Source of the DNA: Armatimonadota bacterium
Lineage (GTDB): Bacteria; Armatimonadota; UBA10988
Assembly (NCBI GenBank): GCA_016235455.1
Contig: JACRKZ010000082.1
Location: 16,894 to 80,893 of the forward strand
Reading direction: 5' to 3'
DNA length: 64,000 nucleotides
Part shown: positions 34,109-44,055 of the stretch, piece by piece
Numbering within the stretch: position 1 is the stretch's first letter
Layout: every line of letters begins with the position of its first letter
The notes under the pieces: model-generated
Seen by the model: the letters and a program-made list of their open reading frames with translations, nothing else
Databases searched by the model: none
Told to the model about the DNA's origin: nothing
Made by a program: the position numbers and the translations under genes

Positions 34109-36742
34109 ATGCGGTACCTCATCTGCGTCGTATTGGCAACGTTTGTTCAGGTGGCCTGGGCGCAGCCGGCCGGCCCGGCGCGGGGCGCGATCACCTTGCG
34201 CTCGGCCAGCCCCGAGCTGGATGCCGGGTTCGCCTGGGCGAGGGCGCGTGCGCTAAGCCTGGTGCGCACGGGTCAGCAGCCGGACTACGTCCCCTGCTAC
34301 TTCGCCGCCATGTCCGACCGCGAGTTCTGCGTGCGGGACACCGCGCACATGGCCGAAGGCGCGCATCTGCTGGGGCTGGATGCCGAGAACTGGTCGATGC
34401 TGCGCGCCTTCGCCTGGGGCGCCAACCGCCGCGTGAAGCAGGACCTGCATTGGCCGCGCTGGCACTACCCGTACACCGGCGGCGCGAGTGACGACCTGGG
34501 CAGTTGCCAGTGGCGCACGCTGCCGACCCCCTACGATATGGCCTGGCGGGCCTGGCAGCAGTACCTGTGGACCGGCGACCGCCGGTGGGTCGACGACCCG
34601 GAGATGGTGAGCTACCACACCAACCTGCACGGCGCCTTCACCGCCAATCAGAACTGGAACGACGACCCGGTGGCCGACGAGATGCAGCAGTTGGCCTCGT
34701 ACTTCGAGTTCCCGGCGGCCGGCGAGCACTTCGTCAGCGCGGGCGACGCGGTCGGCTGCCAGTATCAGGCGCTGCTGGCCACCGCCGGCCTGATGGCCGC
34801 GCGCGGCGACGACAAGCAGGCTGGCGCCTACCGCCAGAAGGCCACCGAGTTGCGCGCCTGGTTCGAGACCAACTGGTTCGACCCGGCCACCGGTCACTAC
34901 GTCCGCGGCGTCGACCGGTTCGGCGGCTTCCGCTCCGATTGGGGTCGCGAGAACAGCTACTTCATGCCGCTCACGCTGATCACCGACCAGGGTCCGCACA
35001 CCGCGGCGTACCTGGACTTCATCGAGGCGAGCCTGATCCGCGACCCGCTGAACATCGAGGCCACGACCTACCTGCCCGAACTGTTCTACCAGCATGGCCG
35101 GACGGAGACCGCCTGGAAGAGCCTGATGTCGGTCTACCGGACGCGCCATGGCTACCCGGAAGTGGCCTTCACCTGCGTGGGCAACACCATCGCCGGGCTG
35201 ATGGGCGTCACGCCCGACGCACCGCGGCACGCGCTGGCCACGCTGGCGCAACTACCCGCGGAGCTGCCGTGGGTCGAGGCCGAGCAGGTGCCCGTCGGCG
35301 CGAACCACATCGCGCTGCGCCATGACGGCAACCGCCGCAGCACGCTGCGCAACACCGCCGGCCCGGCGCTGACCTGGACCGCGCGCTTCCGGGGCAACTT
35401 CGCCAGCCTGAGCGTGGCCGGCCGCGCTCAGGCGGCCAAAGCCACCACGCACAACGGCTTCACCATCACCGCGGCCACGGTCACCGTGGCTCCGGGCCAG
35501 TCGGTGACCGTCGAGGTGGTCGGCGGGCCCGGCGTGGAGTTGCCGGCGCCGCCTTCGCCGACCCTGACCGAGGGGCCGCGTCCGCCCGCGCCGACTCCCG
35601 GCAGCCACTCGCTGACCGAGCTGACGCCCCGCTACGCGCGCTCGGCCACGGGCGAGCCGGTGCAGTCGGACAAGGGCCAGCCGCTGCACCTGGGTGCCCT
35701 GACCGCCGAGCACGGCTTGGTGGCGCGCGGCGTCTCGGCCATCCGCTTCGACCTGCACGGGCAGTACGCGCGCTTTGTCTGCGATGTGGGCTATGAGAAC
35801 CCCGCCGAGGCCCGCGGCGCGGCGGAGTTTGTGATCCATGGCGGCACGCGCGCCGGCCGGCTGCTGTATGCCAGCGGGCCACTGGCCGGCAAGGCGCGGC
35901 TGGGCGTGCGGCACATCAGCCTGGATGTGAGCGCGTGCGACTACCTGATCCTGGGGGCCAAGGACGCCGGGGGTGGCGGTTTCGACGACCGCATCGTGTG
36001 GGGCAACCCGCGCCTGCTGGCCAAGGGCGGCACCTTGGCCAGCAGGCCACCGGCGGCGCCGCAAGGGCTGAAGACCGCGCGGCTGGACCACAGCAGCGTC
36101 GACCTGGCCTGGCCGGCGGTGCCTGGCGCCGCTGGCTACGACATCTACCAGGGCGAACTGAGCGTCGGCAGCAGCACGCAGCCGAGCCTGCGCGTGGACG
36201 GCCTGTCGCCCAACCAGAAGTACACCTTCACGGTCAAGGCCTGGGATGCCGACGGCAACGTGTCGGTGGCCGGCGCGCCGCTGAGCGTAAGCACGCCGCT
36301 GCCGCCGGACCTGGTCTACCTGAGCGACCTGACCTGGGCCTCAGCAGTCGCCAGCTTCGGAACAACCCAGCGCGACCGCAGCATCGACTCTCACCCGCTG
36401 CGCCTGCGTGGCACGCTTCACGAGCGCGGGCTCGGTACGCACGCGACCAGCACCATCGTCTACGATCTGGCGGCGCTGGGCCGCGGGTACGACCGGTTCC
36501 AAGCCTCGGTTGGCATCGATGACGAGATCCGCGAGGCCGGCTCGGTGGTGTTCCAGGTGTTTGTCGACGGCGAGAAGCGGTACGACAGTGGGGTCGTCAC
36601 ATCAGCCACGGCGGCGCAGGCGGTGAGCGTGGCGGTGCGTGGCGCAAAGGAACTGAAGCTGGTGGTCACCGACGGCGGCGACGGCATCTCGAGCGACCAC
36701 GCCGACTGGGCCTCAGCACGGCTGACCAACGGCGGTGGCTAG
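34109..36742 (+). CDS. Secreted six-hairpin glycosidase-like protein with NPCBM/NEW2, FN3 and NPCBM/NEW2 domains
   Basis: ATG 34109 with a GAGGAG RBS and a signal peptide. FN3 motif GLSPNQKYTFTVKAWDADGN. NPCBM motifs YLSDL.W, GLGTHA.S.IVYDL, RFQASVGIDDE and DHADWA. Confidence 0.82.
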   Translation: MRYLICVVLATFVQVAWAQPAGPARGAITLRSASPELDAGFAWARARALSLVRTGQQPDYVPCYFAAMSDREFCVRDTAHMAEGAHLLGLDAENWSMLRAFAWGANRRVKQDLHWPRWHYPYTGGASDDLGSCQWRTLPTPYDMAWRAWQQYLWTGDRRWVDDPEMVSYHTNLHGAFTANQNWNDDPVADEMQQLASYFEFPAAGEHFVSAGDAVGCQYQALLATAGLMAARGDDKQAGAYRQKATELRAWFETNWFDPATGHYVRGVDRFGGFRSDWGRENSYFMPLTLITDQGPHTAAYLDFIEASLIRDPLNIEATTYLPELFYQHGRTETAWKSLMSVYRTRHGYPEVAFTCVGNTIAGLMGVTPDAPRHALATLAQLPAELPWVEAEQVPVGANHIALRHDGNRRSTLRNTAGPALTWTARFRGNFASLSVAGRAQAAKATTHNGFTITAATVTVAPGQSVTVEVVGGPGVELPAPPSPTLTEGPRPPAPTPGSHSLTELTPRYARSATGEPVQSDKGQPLHLGALTAEHGLVARGVSAIRFDLHGQYARFVCDVGYENPAEARGAAEFVIHGGTRAGRLLYASGPLAGKARLGVRHISLDVSACDYLILGAKDAGGGGFDDRIVWGNPRLLAKGGTLASRPPAAPQGLKTARLDHSSVDLAWPAVPGAAGYDIYQGELSVGSSTQPSLRVDGLSPNQKYTFTVKAWDADGNVSVAGAPLSVSTPLPPDLVYLSDLTWASAVASFGTTQRDRSIDSHPLRLRGTLHERGLGTHATSTIVYDLAALGRGYDRFQASVGIDDEIREAGSVVFQVFVDGEKRYDSGVVTSATAAQAVSVAVRGAKELKLVVTDGGDGISSDHADWASARLTNGGG

Positions 36743-36915
36743 CCCGACTCCAGGTCCTTGGCCAGTTCCTCTGGGGACACCTCAACCAGCCGGCCATCGC
36801 GCCAGACCAGGATCGGCTGGCCCATCACGATGTGCTCGCCGACGACGCGACGTCGGATCTCCGCGAACGCGGCAGTCCACAACGTCTCATCGGAGAGGCG
36901 CTCATCGGTACTCAT
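36739..36915 (-). CDS. Small protein partnered with the zeta-toxin-like ATPase (putative antitoxin/partner)
   Basis: 58 aa, MSTDERLSDETLWTAAFAEIRRRVVGEHIVMGQPILVWRDGRLVEVSPEEL. The 'H...G.PI.VW.DG....V.P' pattern is what I recall for genes downstream of such ATPases. Confidence 0.7.
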   Translation of the reverse strand: MSTDERLSDETLWTAAFAEIRRRVVGEHIVMGQPILVWRDGRLVEVSPEELAKDLESG

Positions 36916-36922
36916 CGACGGG

Positions 36923-37513
36923 TCAAAGCCCGGCGGCGGCCAAGCTTTGCCGCCAGATGTCATCGTCGACAACCGTAGTCTCCGTTGCCGTGCCCGTGGC
37001 CACCAGTCGCACGGCGCTCGTATCTGTATTATCGTACATCCGCCACGTCGTGGCCAGAGGGCGGTAGAGACTGTGGAAGTTGGCCAGCCCGGTCTCATAG
37101 CGCCGCCGCACCACGTCGGGTGGCACATCGTGCCCGCCAGCGGCCACGCGCTGGCGTACGCGTTCCACGGCCAGTTCGGCGCTCGGTAGCCAGAGGAACA
37201 CCAGATGCACGGCGTAGCCCGAGGCGGCCATGCGCCGCAGCCGGTGGGCGAAGTTCCGTGCCGACAGCGTCGTCTCGAGCGCGAAGCTGGCCCGTTGCGC
37301 CTCCAACTCGTCAAGCCGCTCCAGCATGAGCCGGCCAGCGCGCAACGACACCTGGTCGGGTGAGAATCCCGACAGGCCCTGGGCGATGGTATCCGCGTTG
37401 ACGAAGATGCGGATGCCCAGCAACTCGACCACCAGCAGCGGCGCCGCTGTGGTCTTCCCGGCCCCATTGGGCCCCGCCAGCACCAGGACGATCGGCGCCT
37501 TGCCCTCGCTCAT
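36923..37513 (-). CDS. Zeta toxin family / AAA P-loop ATPase (COG4185-like)
   Basis: LAGPNGAGKTT, FVNADTIA, FALETTLS, RVAAGGHDVP and YDNT. Confidence 0.88.
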   Translation of the reverse strand: MSEGKAPIVLVLAGPNGAGKTTAAPLLVVELLGIRIFVNADTIAQGLSGFSPDQVSLRAGRLMLERLDELEAQRASFALETTLSARNFAHRLRRMAASGYAVHLVFLWLPSAELAVERVRQRVAAGGHDVPPDVVRRRYETGLANFHSLYRPLATTWRMYDNTDTSAVRLVATGTATETTVVDDDIWRQSLAAAGL

Positions 37514-37514
37514 C

Positions 37515-40058
37515 TCACTGCCCCACGCGAAGCACGCGCGTCTCGCCCAGCGCCAGGTCGAACGACAGCGCCGGCCCTTGGCCGACCCGCGCGCCGGTCA
37601 AGGCGTCGAACACGGGGCCGGCCGCGGGCAGCGTCAGCGCCACGGTGCCGGCCTGCGCCGCATGGATCGCGGTGAATGGACCGTTGGCGTAGACCTGGCA
37701 GTCGGTACGCGTGTAGAGATGCACCCCGGCGCGTGCCGCCGTCGCCCGAAGCAACTCGGAGCTGAGCGCGGGCGGCCCGACGAACACCGACAGACCGTCA
37801 GGTGTCTGCCGCGCGACGATCGCGGCGCTGCCGTCGGCATAGGTGGCCAGCGTCTCGGCCGGCGTGGCATCGGCCACCGCGTACAGCGGGCGAATGGCCC
37901 GGTCGGGGCCGAGAGCCTTGGTCAGTCCCCAGGCCGTGCCCGCGGGAGTGGGCGTGGCAATCGCCTTTCCCGGTGTCACGGCTAACAGTCTGAAGCCGGT
38001 TAGCTCGGCCATCGCCGTGGGTGAGACCTGCCAGCCGTCGTAGTAGCCCGGCGCCCAGCACCAGACGCGCGCCTTGCCACCCAAGGCGGTCTTGAGCTTG
38101 GCGCGCTGGGCTGCGTCGGTGACGTACGAACTGAGCAGGACCACCAGCTTGGCGTCGATACGGCCGGCGGCCAGGTCGTCCTGGAGGTACTGGCCATAGG
38201 GTGCCCCCATGCGCCCAAGCGCGGCGCGCGACTCGTAGATGGTGCCGCGACTGGCGGCTGGGGCGCCGTTGGCCAGGCGCGGCACGCTGGCTTCGTCCAA
38301 GACCGCGGCCACCTGCGGGCGGTACGGCGTCGGCTTGGTCATCAGGGCGGTGTCCAGCGCGGCGAAGGCGGTCATGTCGGCCCACAACTTGGGGTCGTTG
38401 AACCAGCCGGTGCTGCCCAGGTCCATCCACCAGGTGGCCAAGTTGCGCGTGGCCTCCTGGGCCACGTTGCGGCGCAGGAGTTGCTGCGTGTCCTCCAGCG
38501 TGTTGGCGCCTTCCTTGTCGCCGGGGAAGCCGGTCTCGCGCACCAGGTAGGTGCGGGTGTCGTCCTCGCACAGCCACATCTTGCCAGCCAGGGCAACGCT
38601 CTCGGCGGCGGTCATGACCGGGCCGCTGCCGCCAGCCTGGCGGTCGAAGTACGAGATCGGCGAGCAGAGCACGTCGATCTGCGGGCAGTCGAGCGCGCGG
38701 CGCAGCGCGTAGTGGCCCGAGATGGCCGGACCGTTGCCGATGGCGCCGAACTCGAAGATGTAGCCGTAGAAGAACACGGTCAGCTTGTTTGGCGCGGCGG
38801 CCTTGATGGTGCGCGCCATGGCGCAGACCCAGTCGGCCATGGCCTGCTGCTGGAACGCACCGAACTCGACGATGCGCCGCTCGGCGACCGGGTCGCGCAG
38901 CAGCCCAGCGGGCGTGGCGCGGCGTTGCTCCGGCGTGGGCACGGTGGCCGTGTCGTCGCCCAGATAGCGCCGGAAGCCGGCCTGGTCGGCCGGGGCGTAG
39001 CCGTTGAGCGCATTGCCCCAGGTGTCCTCGTAGAACCACTCACCGGTGTTCTGGCCGGACGGATGGAAGCCGGCGATCTGGTCAGGGAAACGCTGCTCGA
39101 GGTGCCGGATGAGCGCGTCGAGGTTGCGGAGCGCCTCGGTCTGATAGAGCGGCGAGCAGGGCACGGCGTGGGGCGAATGGGTGCCGGCGTCCCACTTCAT
39201 GGCCTCATCGGGATGCGCGGCCAGCCACCATGCGGGCGCGTCGAGGCCGATGCGCGGGATGAGCAGCGCCTTGGGGTTGGCGGTGAGCACCATCTCGCAG
39301 ATGCCGTCGACGCTGTCCCAGTTGGGCTGCTCGCCGGCCTCCTTGGGCCAGGGCAGGCCCATGGGGAAGGTCACGAAGTCGGCACCGGAGGCGCCGGCCA
39401 GGCGGATCTGTCGGCTGAACAGGTCGCCAGGACCGCCCAGATAGACGAACATCGTGCCCGGCCGGTAGAAGGCGATGCGCACCTCGCGCTCGGGCTCGGC
39501 CTTGGCCCACAACTGCAGCCGGTAGCGGTGTCCCTTGACCAGCGCCAGATTGTGGGCATACAGATGCCAATCGGGCCAATTGCCGCCGGGCGGCGCGCTG
39601 AACTCCATGCGCAGTCCGGCCGAGCCGTCGCGCCCGACACCGGGCTCCACGCCGCAGCGCGCCACGGTGTTCGTCGCATCGGTCGGCCAGGTGGCGAAAT
39701 GCTTACCAAAGGCGGCCTGGCCATCCTCGAAGTCGGCGGCCAGCACCACGCGGCCGGCCTCCAGGTCTGTCACCTTCAAGTCGTCGATGACCACGCGGCC
39801 GCGCTGGTGGCCGAAGCGGAAGTGCATGGTGGCGATGCGCGGCTCGTCGCCCAGCGCGGTGAACACCTCGTCGATGGGTCCGCCCGCGGCGGGCAGCTTG
39901 ACGGCGGACGAGGCGGGCCCGCCATAGAACATGCGCGCGCGCTTGGGCTGGCCGTTGACCAACAGGCGCGGCGCGCCGGCCGTGGCGTCGACCTTGACGG
40001 TGAGCGCACCAGCGAGCGAGCAGGCGGCAAGTAGGAGCACCAGGCTGGAACCGCGCAT
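37515..40058 (-). CDS. Secreted beta-galactosidase-like glycoside hydrolase (clan GH-A, GH42-like) with a CBM4/9-like insert
   Basis: Signal peptide; NPKALLIPRI, GQNTGEWFY, IDVLCSPISY and LCEDDTRTY; CBM-like LVKGHRYRLQLWAKA. Confidence 0.75.
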   Translation of the reverse strand: MRGSSLVLLLAACSLAGALTVKVDATAGAPRLLVNGQPKRARMFYGGPASSAVKLPAAGGPIDEVFTALGDEPRIATMHFRFGHQRGRVVIDDLKVTDLEAGRVVLAADFEDGQAAFGKHFATWPTDATNTVARCGVEPGVGRDGSAGLRMEFSAPPGGNWPDWHLYAHNLALVKGHRYRLQLWAKAEPEREVRIAFYRPGTMFVYLGGPGDLFSRQIRLAGASGADFVTFPMGLPWPKEAGEQPNWDSVDGICEMVLTANPKALLIPRIGLDAPAWWLAAHPDEAMKWDAGTHSPHAVPCSPLYQTEALRNLDALIRHLEQRFPDQIAGFHPSGQNTGEWFYEDTWGNALNGYAPADQAGFRRYLGDDTATVPTPEQRRATPAGLLRDPVAERRIVEFGAFQQQAMADWVCAMARTIKAAAPNKLTVFFYGYIFEFGAIGNGPAISGHYALRRALDCPQIDVLCSPISYFDRQAGGSGPVMTAAESVALAGKMWLCEDDTRTYLVRETGFPGDKEGANTLEDTQQLLRRNVAQEATRNLATWWMDLGSTGWFNDPKLWADMTAFAALDTALMTKPTPYRPQVAAVLDEASVPRLANGAPAASRGTIYESRAALGRMGAPYGQYLQDDLAAGRIDAKLVVLLSSYVTDAAQRAKLKTALGGKARVWCWAPGYYDGWQVSPTAMAELTGFRLLAVTPGKAIATPTPAGTAWGLTKALGPDRAIRPLYAVADATPAETLATYADGSAAIVARQTPDGLSVFVGPPALSSELLRATAARAGVHLYTRTDCQVYANGPFTAIHAAQAGTVALTLPAAGPVFDALTGARVGQGPALSFDLALGETRVLRVGQ

Positions 40059-40120
40059 CGCGTTTCTCCGTCGGAGCCCATTGGCGGCGGGGCGCCAAGC
40101 TCCTTCATCGTCGCCCCAGG

Positions 40121-40570
40121 ATGCGCCCTATGAGCGCGGTACCCAGCTTCACGGTACGCAATGCGTGCCCCGCGAGACGCCCCCTGGTGAGCGGGCCGCT
40201 GCGCCTCACCGCCGGCATGATCGTGGGCACCGTCCTCGCGGTCTGGCCGCTGTTCATCTGCCCTATGCCAGGCGATGACCGGGCGGACGACTTCTTCCCC
40301 GACATGCCCGACTGGCAGCAGGCCCTCCTGGCCCTGCTGCTGCTCGCGGTGGCGGTGCGCGTCACGGCGGCGGTGCTGCGCGGCTCGTGGTCGGCCAAGG
40401 GACCGCCGACTCCCGAGCCGCCGCTCAAGTGGCCGTGGATCCAAGTGGCCTGGCTACTGGTTGCGTTTGTAGCGGTCTTCTACTGTTTGGGCCTCGGCGT
40501 CGTGCTGCTGGCCGTGCTCTACCAGCTCCCGGCCCGGTTGTGGCAGAGCTTCCGGCCGGCTATCGGCTGA
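40121..40570 (+). CDS. Hypothetical membrane protein (start uncertain)
   Basis: ORF with 3-4 hydrophobic segments that fills the gap between its neighbours. Confidence 0.5.
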   Translation: MRPMSAVPSFTVRNACPARRPLVSGPLRLTAGMIVGTVLAVWPLFICPMPGDDRADDFFPDMPDWQQALLALLLLAVAVRVTAAVLRGSWSAKGPPTPEPPLKWPWIQVAWLLVAFVAVFYCLGLGVVLLAVLYQLPARLWQSFRPAIG

Positions 40571-41831
40571 CCGCATACGTCCGGCTCACCGCCAGCGTCG
40601 AGCCCGCGGTGACCGTCACCGTCTGGCTGGCCGGCGTGATGTAGCCGGTGGCGGCCGTGTACCTGATGGTGTGCGTGCCTGCCGCCAGGCTACCGACAAC
40701 CGCGCCGCTGGCGTTGGCTGTGGTCGATGAGTCGATGGTCCACTTGGCCCCCGCCGCGATCGCCGCCGCTGGCACGAGCGTCACCTTGACCGAGCCGGCC
40801 GCCGCGTAAGTGGCCGTGGCGTTGGTGGTGCCGCCGGCGGTGATGGTCACGCTCAGGTTGGCGGGCGTCACGAAACCCGCGACCGTCGTGAAGTTCACGG
40901 TATGGGCACCGATGGCGATGGCCGATACCGTCGTGGCACTCGGGTAGGTGGTGGCCACGCTGTCCAGCGACCATTTGGCGCCGGCATTCACCGCCGTCGC
41001 GGGCAGGATTGTGATCTTCAGCGAGCCGGCCCGCACGTAGGTCACGGTCACACTGGTCGTCGCGCCAGGCACGACCGTCACCGTCTGGTTGGCGGGCGTG
41101 GCATAGCCGATGGCCGGCGCGAACCGCAACGTGTGCGCTCCGGCGCCGAGCCCGGTGATCGTGGCCCCGCTGCTGTAGGGCGTCGCCGCGGTGTCGAGCA
41201 TCCACTTGGCGCCGCCGCCAATGGCCGCCGTCGGCCCCAGCGTGACCTTCAGGCCACCCACGGCCACGTAGGTGCCGGTCACCGCCAGCGTCTGGTTGGC
41301 GGTCACGGTGACCGTCTGGTCCGCCGGGGTCACATAGCCGGTGACCGGCGTGAATTTGACCACATGGGTGCCGACGGGCAGGCCGGTGACCGTCGCGCCG
41401 CTGGCGCGGGTAGTGGTGCTGGTGTCGAGCGTCCATTTGGCGCCCGCCGTCACTGCCGCGGCCGGCCCCAGCGTCACCTTCAGCGCGCCGACTCCCGCCA
41501 CGTAGGTGCCGGTGACGGAAGTCGTCTGATTGGCCGTCACGGTGATGGTCTGTCTGGCCGGCGTGGTGTAGCCCAGCACGGGCTTGAACGCGATGGTGTG
41601 CGTGCCGGTGGCGATGTTACTGACCGCCATCCCGCTGGCGTTGCCTGTGGTGTTCGAGTCGAGCATCCAGGTGGCGCCCGCGGTCACCGCGGCGGTCGGC
41701 CCAAGGGTGACCTTTACCGACCCGACAGTCACCGCGCGGCCCGACCCGCCGCTGGCCGCGCCGTTGCCGCCGCAGCCCGCCAGGGCCAGCGCCGCGATGG
41801 TCAGCACGCTCGTCGCGATCCGATGTCTCAT
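40560..41831 (-). CDS. Lipoprotein made of five tandem ~77-aa PEGA/Ig-like beta repeats
   Basis: Lipobox LAGC after MRHRIAT. Repeat consensus GSLKVTLxPxAAxxAGAKWxLD...GxHTxxF....GYxTPAxQTVTV....T...Y. Confidence 0.85.
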   Translation of the reverse strand: MRHRIATSVLTIAALALAGCGGNGAASGGSGRAVTVGSVKVTLGPTAAVTAGATWMLDSNTTGNASGMAVSNIATGTHTIAFKPVLGYTTPARQTITVTANQTTSVTGTYVAGVGALKVTLGPAAAVTAGAKWTLDTSTTTRASGATVTGLPVGTHVVKFTPVTGYVTPADQTVTVTANQTLAVTGTYVAVGGLKVTLGPTAAIGGGAKWMLDTAATPYSSGATITGLGAGAHTLRFAPAIGYATPANQTVTVVPGATTSVTVTYVRAGSLKITILPATAVNAGAKWSLDSVATTYPSATTVSAIAIGAHTVNFTTVAGFVTPANLSVTITAGGTTNATATYAAAGSVKVTLVPAAAIAAGAKWTIDSSTTANASGAVVGSLAAGTHTIRYTAATGYITPASQTVTVTAGSTLAVSRTYAVSR

Positions 41832-42048
41832 TGCTCTGCCTCCACGCCTCTGCCGTTCTCTACAACGCACCGGCAGGGATCGATCTTCCGCACCGGCAGG
41901 AACGGCGGCCGCCGTATGCACTTTGGTCTTGTGACGGAGGTGTTGCGCGGCGCTGTTTCATCGCGGGTGGCCGAGGGAACGAGATCGCATAGGAGACCCG
42001 CGCCGCCAGGGCGCGGGAAGAGCACGACCGGCGCAGAGATGAGGTGCC

Positions 42049-42252
42049 GTGGTGATACAGGTGAAGGTGCGACAGAACGAGACTCTGGAGGATGCGCTCA
42101 AGCGCTTCCGGCGCAAGGTGCGCAAGTCGGGGCTGATGCAGCAGTTGCGGCGACTCGGCCACTATGAGAAGCCGAGCGACGAACGTCGCCGCAAGGACCG
42201 ACTCGCGCAGAAGCGCAGCCACCAGGTCACGACCGACGGCCGAGGGGCCTAG
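42049..42252 (+). CDS. rpsU: 30S ribosomal protein S21
   Basis: VKVRQNETLEDALKRFRRKVRKSG....R...YEKPS. Confidence 0.92.
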   Translation: MVIQVKVRQNETLEDALKRFRRKVRKSGLMQQLRRLGHYEKPSDERRRKDRLAQKRSHQVTTDGRGA

Positions 42253-43178
42253 CCCGCCCAGCTTTCGGCCACGCGAGCGGCGGTCGCGTCAGGCGTCAGG
42301 TGGTCGACATCGAGCCACTCGATGCCGGGCATGGCCCGGTACCAGGTCATCTGTCGCTTGGCGAACCGCCGCGTATCCTGTTTGATGCCCGCCGTCGCTG
42401 ACTCCAGATCCGCTTCCCCCCGCACCACCGCCGCCAGCGCACGGTAGCCCAAGCCTTCGAAGGCCGGCTCGCCGCCGGTCAGACCGGACGCCAGCAAGGC
42501 TCGCACCTCATCGAGCCAGCCCTCGGCCAGCATCTGGTCCACACGCTGCTCGACTCGCGCATACAGCGCCGCGCGGTCGCGCCGCAGGCCCACCAGCCGG
42601 TAGTCGAACGGCACCGGCCGCGTGCCTGACTGGCGGTGATGCTCACTCAACGGCATCCCGCTGACCTCGAACACCTCCAGCGCACGCACGACGCGCTTGG
42701 TATCGGCGGGCGCGATGCGCGCCGCGGTATCGGGGTCGACCTGGGCCAGCCGTTGATGCAGTGTAGGGCCACCGTGCTCCGCGGCTTCGGCCTCCAGTCG
42801 GGCGCGCACCACGTCGTTGGCCGGCACGCTGGTCAGCGACCAGCCGGTGACGAGCGCCTTGACATACAGGCCCGTGCCCGCCACCACCACCGGTGTACGG
42901 CCGCGGCGGAGGATGTCCCAGGCGGTGGACTCGGCGGCGTGCACGAACTCGGCCACGCTGTAGGCCGCGCGTGGGTCGAGGAAGCCGACCAGATGGTGTG
43001 GGGCCAGAGCCTGCTCAGCGGGAGTCGGCGCCGCGCTGCCCACCGCCAGTCCGCGGTAGATCTGGCGCGAGTCAGCGCAGATGTACTCGGCCGAGAGCAG
43101 CGGCGCCAGCGCCACGGCGACCGCGGTCTTGCCGACGGCGGTGGGTCCCAGCAGGCAGAGGACTCGTGGTCGGCCCAT
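42249..43178 (-). CDS. miaA: tRNA dimethylallyltransferase
   Basis: GPTAVGKT, DSRQIYRGL, HHLV, GTGLY and TRRFAKRQMTW. Confidence 0.96.
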   Translation of the reverse strand: MGRPRVLCLLGPTAVGKTAVAVALAPLLSAEYICADSRQIYRGLAVGSAAPTPAEQALAPHHLVGFLDPRAAYSVAEFVHAAESTAWDILRRGRTPVVVAGTGLYVKALVTGWSLTSVPANDVVRARLEAEAAEHGGPTLHQRLAQVDPDTAARIAPADTKRVVRALEVFEVSGMPLSEHHRQSGTRPVPFDYRLVGLRRDRAALYARVEQRVDQMLAEGWLDEVRALLASGLTGGEPAFEGLGYRALAAVVRGEADLESATAGIKQDTRRFAKRQMTWYRAMPGIEWLDVDHLTPDATAARVAESWAG

Positions 43179-43744
43179 CAGACGCCGAGCGTCTCGCGGG
43201 TGAGCAGCGCTTCGAACGGATAGCCGGCCTCTGCGTAGCGCTCGGCCGCGCCATCGAGCCGGTCCACGATGGTCAGCACACAGACGATCTCGGCCTGCGG
43301 TGCCGCTTCCAGCACGGGAGCGATGGCGTCGAGCGTGCTGCCGCCGGTGGTGGTGACGTCCTCGACCATGGCGATCTTGGTGATGCCGGCCAGCGACGGC
43401 CCGGCGATGCGGTCGCCCAGGCCGTGGTCCTTGGCCGCCTTGCGCACGATGAAGCCCTGCAAGGGCCGGTCGGTGCCGGCGCTCAGCGCGGTGATCGCGC
43501 CGATCATGGGGTCGGCGCCAATGCTCACGCCGCCCACCGCCTCGGCGCCGGCGGCCTGGATGCGTTCGAGCATCAACTCGGCCACCAGGGCCAGGCCCTC
43601 GGCCCGTAGCGTGACTTCCTTGCCGTTGACGAACCAGTGGCTCTGCTTGCCCGATGCCAGCGTGAAGAGCTGGCCTGGCGCGGCCACCTTGAGGGCGTCA
43701 CGCTTGATGCGTTCGGTCAACTGGGCCAACTTGGCGTCACTCAC
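43178..43744 (-). CDS. pyrE: Orotate phosphoribosyltransferase
   Basis: FTLASGKQS, VRKAAKDHG and the PRPP loop VEDVTTTGGS. GTG start with a GAGGAG RBS. Confidence 0.92.
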   Translation of the reverse strand: MSDAKLAQLTERIKRDALKVAAPGQLFTLASGKQSHWFVNGKEVTLRAEGLALVAELMLERIQAAGAEAVGGVSIGADPMIGAITALSAGTDRPLQGFIVRKAAKDHGLGDRIAGPSLAGITKIAMVEDVTTTGGSTLDAIAPVLEAAPQAEIVCVLTIVDRLDGAAERYAEAGYPFEALLTRETLGV

Positions 43745-44055
43745 GATGCGTTCTCCTCGGTCGATTCCAGCCAAGCGCTCAATGCGCCGCGCCCGGCCCA
43801 GATGGCGGCGATTCCGCCGATTGGCATGGTCAGTCCAAGCCACACCTTGCGGCCGGAACTGAGCGCGGGCTCGCGCCGCCAGATGCCGACCATCAGCACC
43901 AGCCGCAGCGTATACCAGGCGCCCTGCCAGGCCACCAGCAGCCAGAGCGCCTGACGCACGCGCGGGTCGCCCGACAGGTGGTAGATGCCGATCAGGCCGA
44001 TGATGCCACAGACCAGCAACGTGATGTCGACCAGCAGTCGTCGCCTGCGAGACAT
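43741..44055 (-). CDS. Small hypothetical membrane protein
   Basis: Three hydrophobic segments; the stop overlaps the pyrE start (GTGA). Confidence 0.6.
   Translation of the reverse strand: MSRRRRLLVDITLLVCGIIGLIGIYHLSGDPRVRQALWLLVAWQGAWYTLRLVLMVGIWRREPALSSGRKVWLGLTMPIGGIAAIWAGRGALSAWLESTEENAS

Noticed and set aside
42249-42252. Shared CTAG stop overlaps of convergent genes (also 36739-36742) as insertion target sites
   Set aside because: Four-base convergent stop overlaps are common, and there are no flanking direct repeats or transposase.
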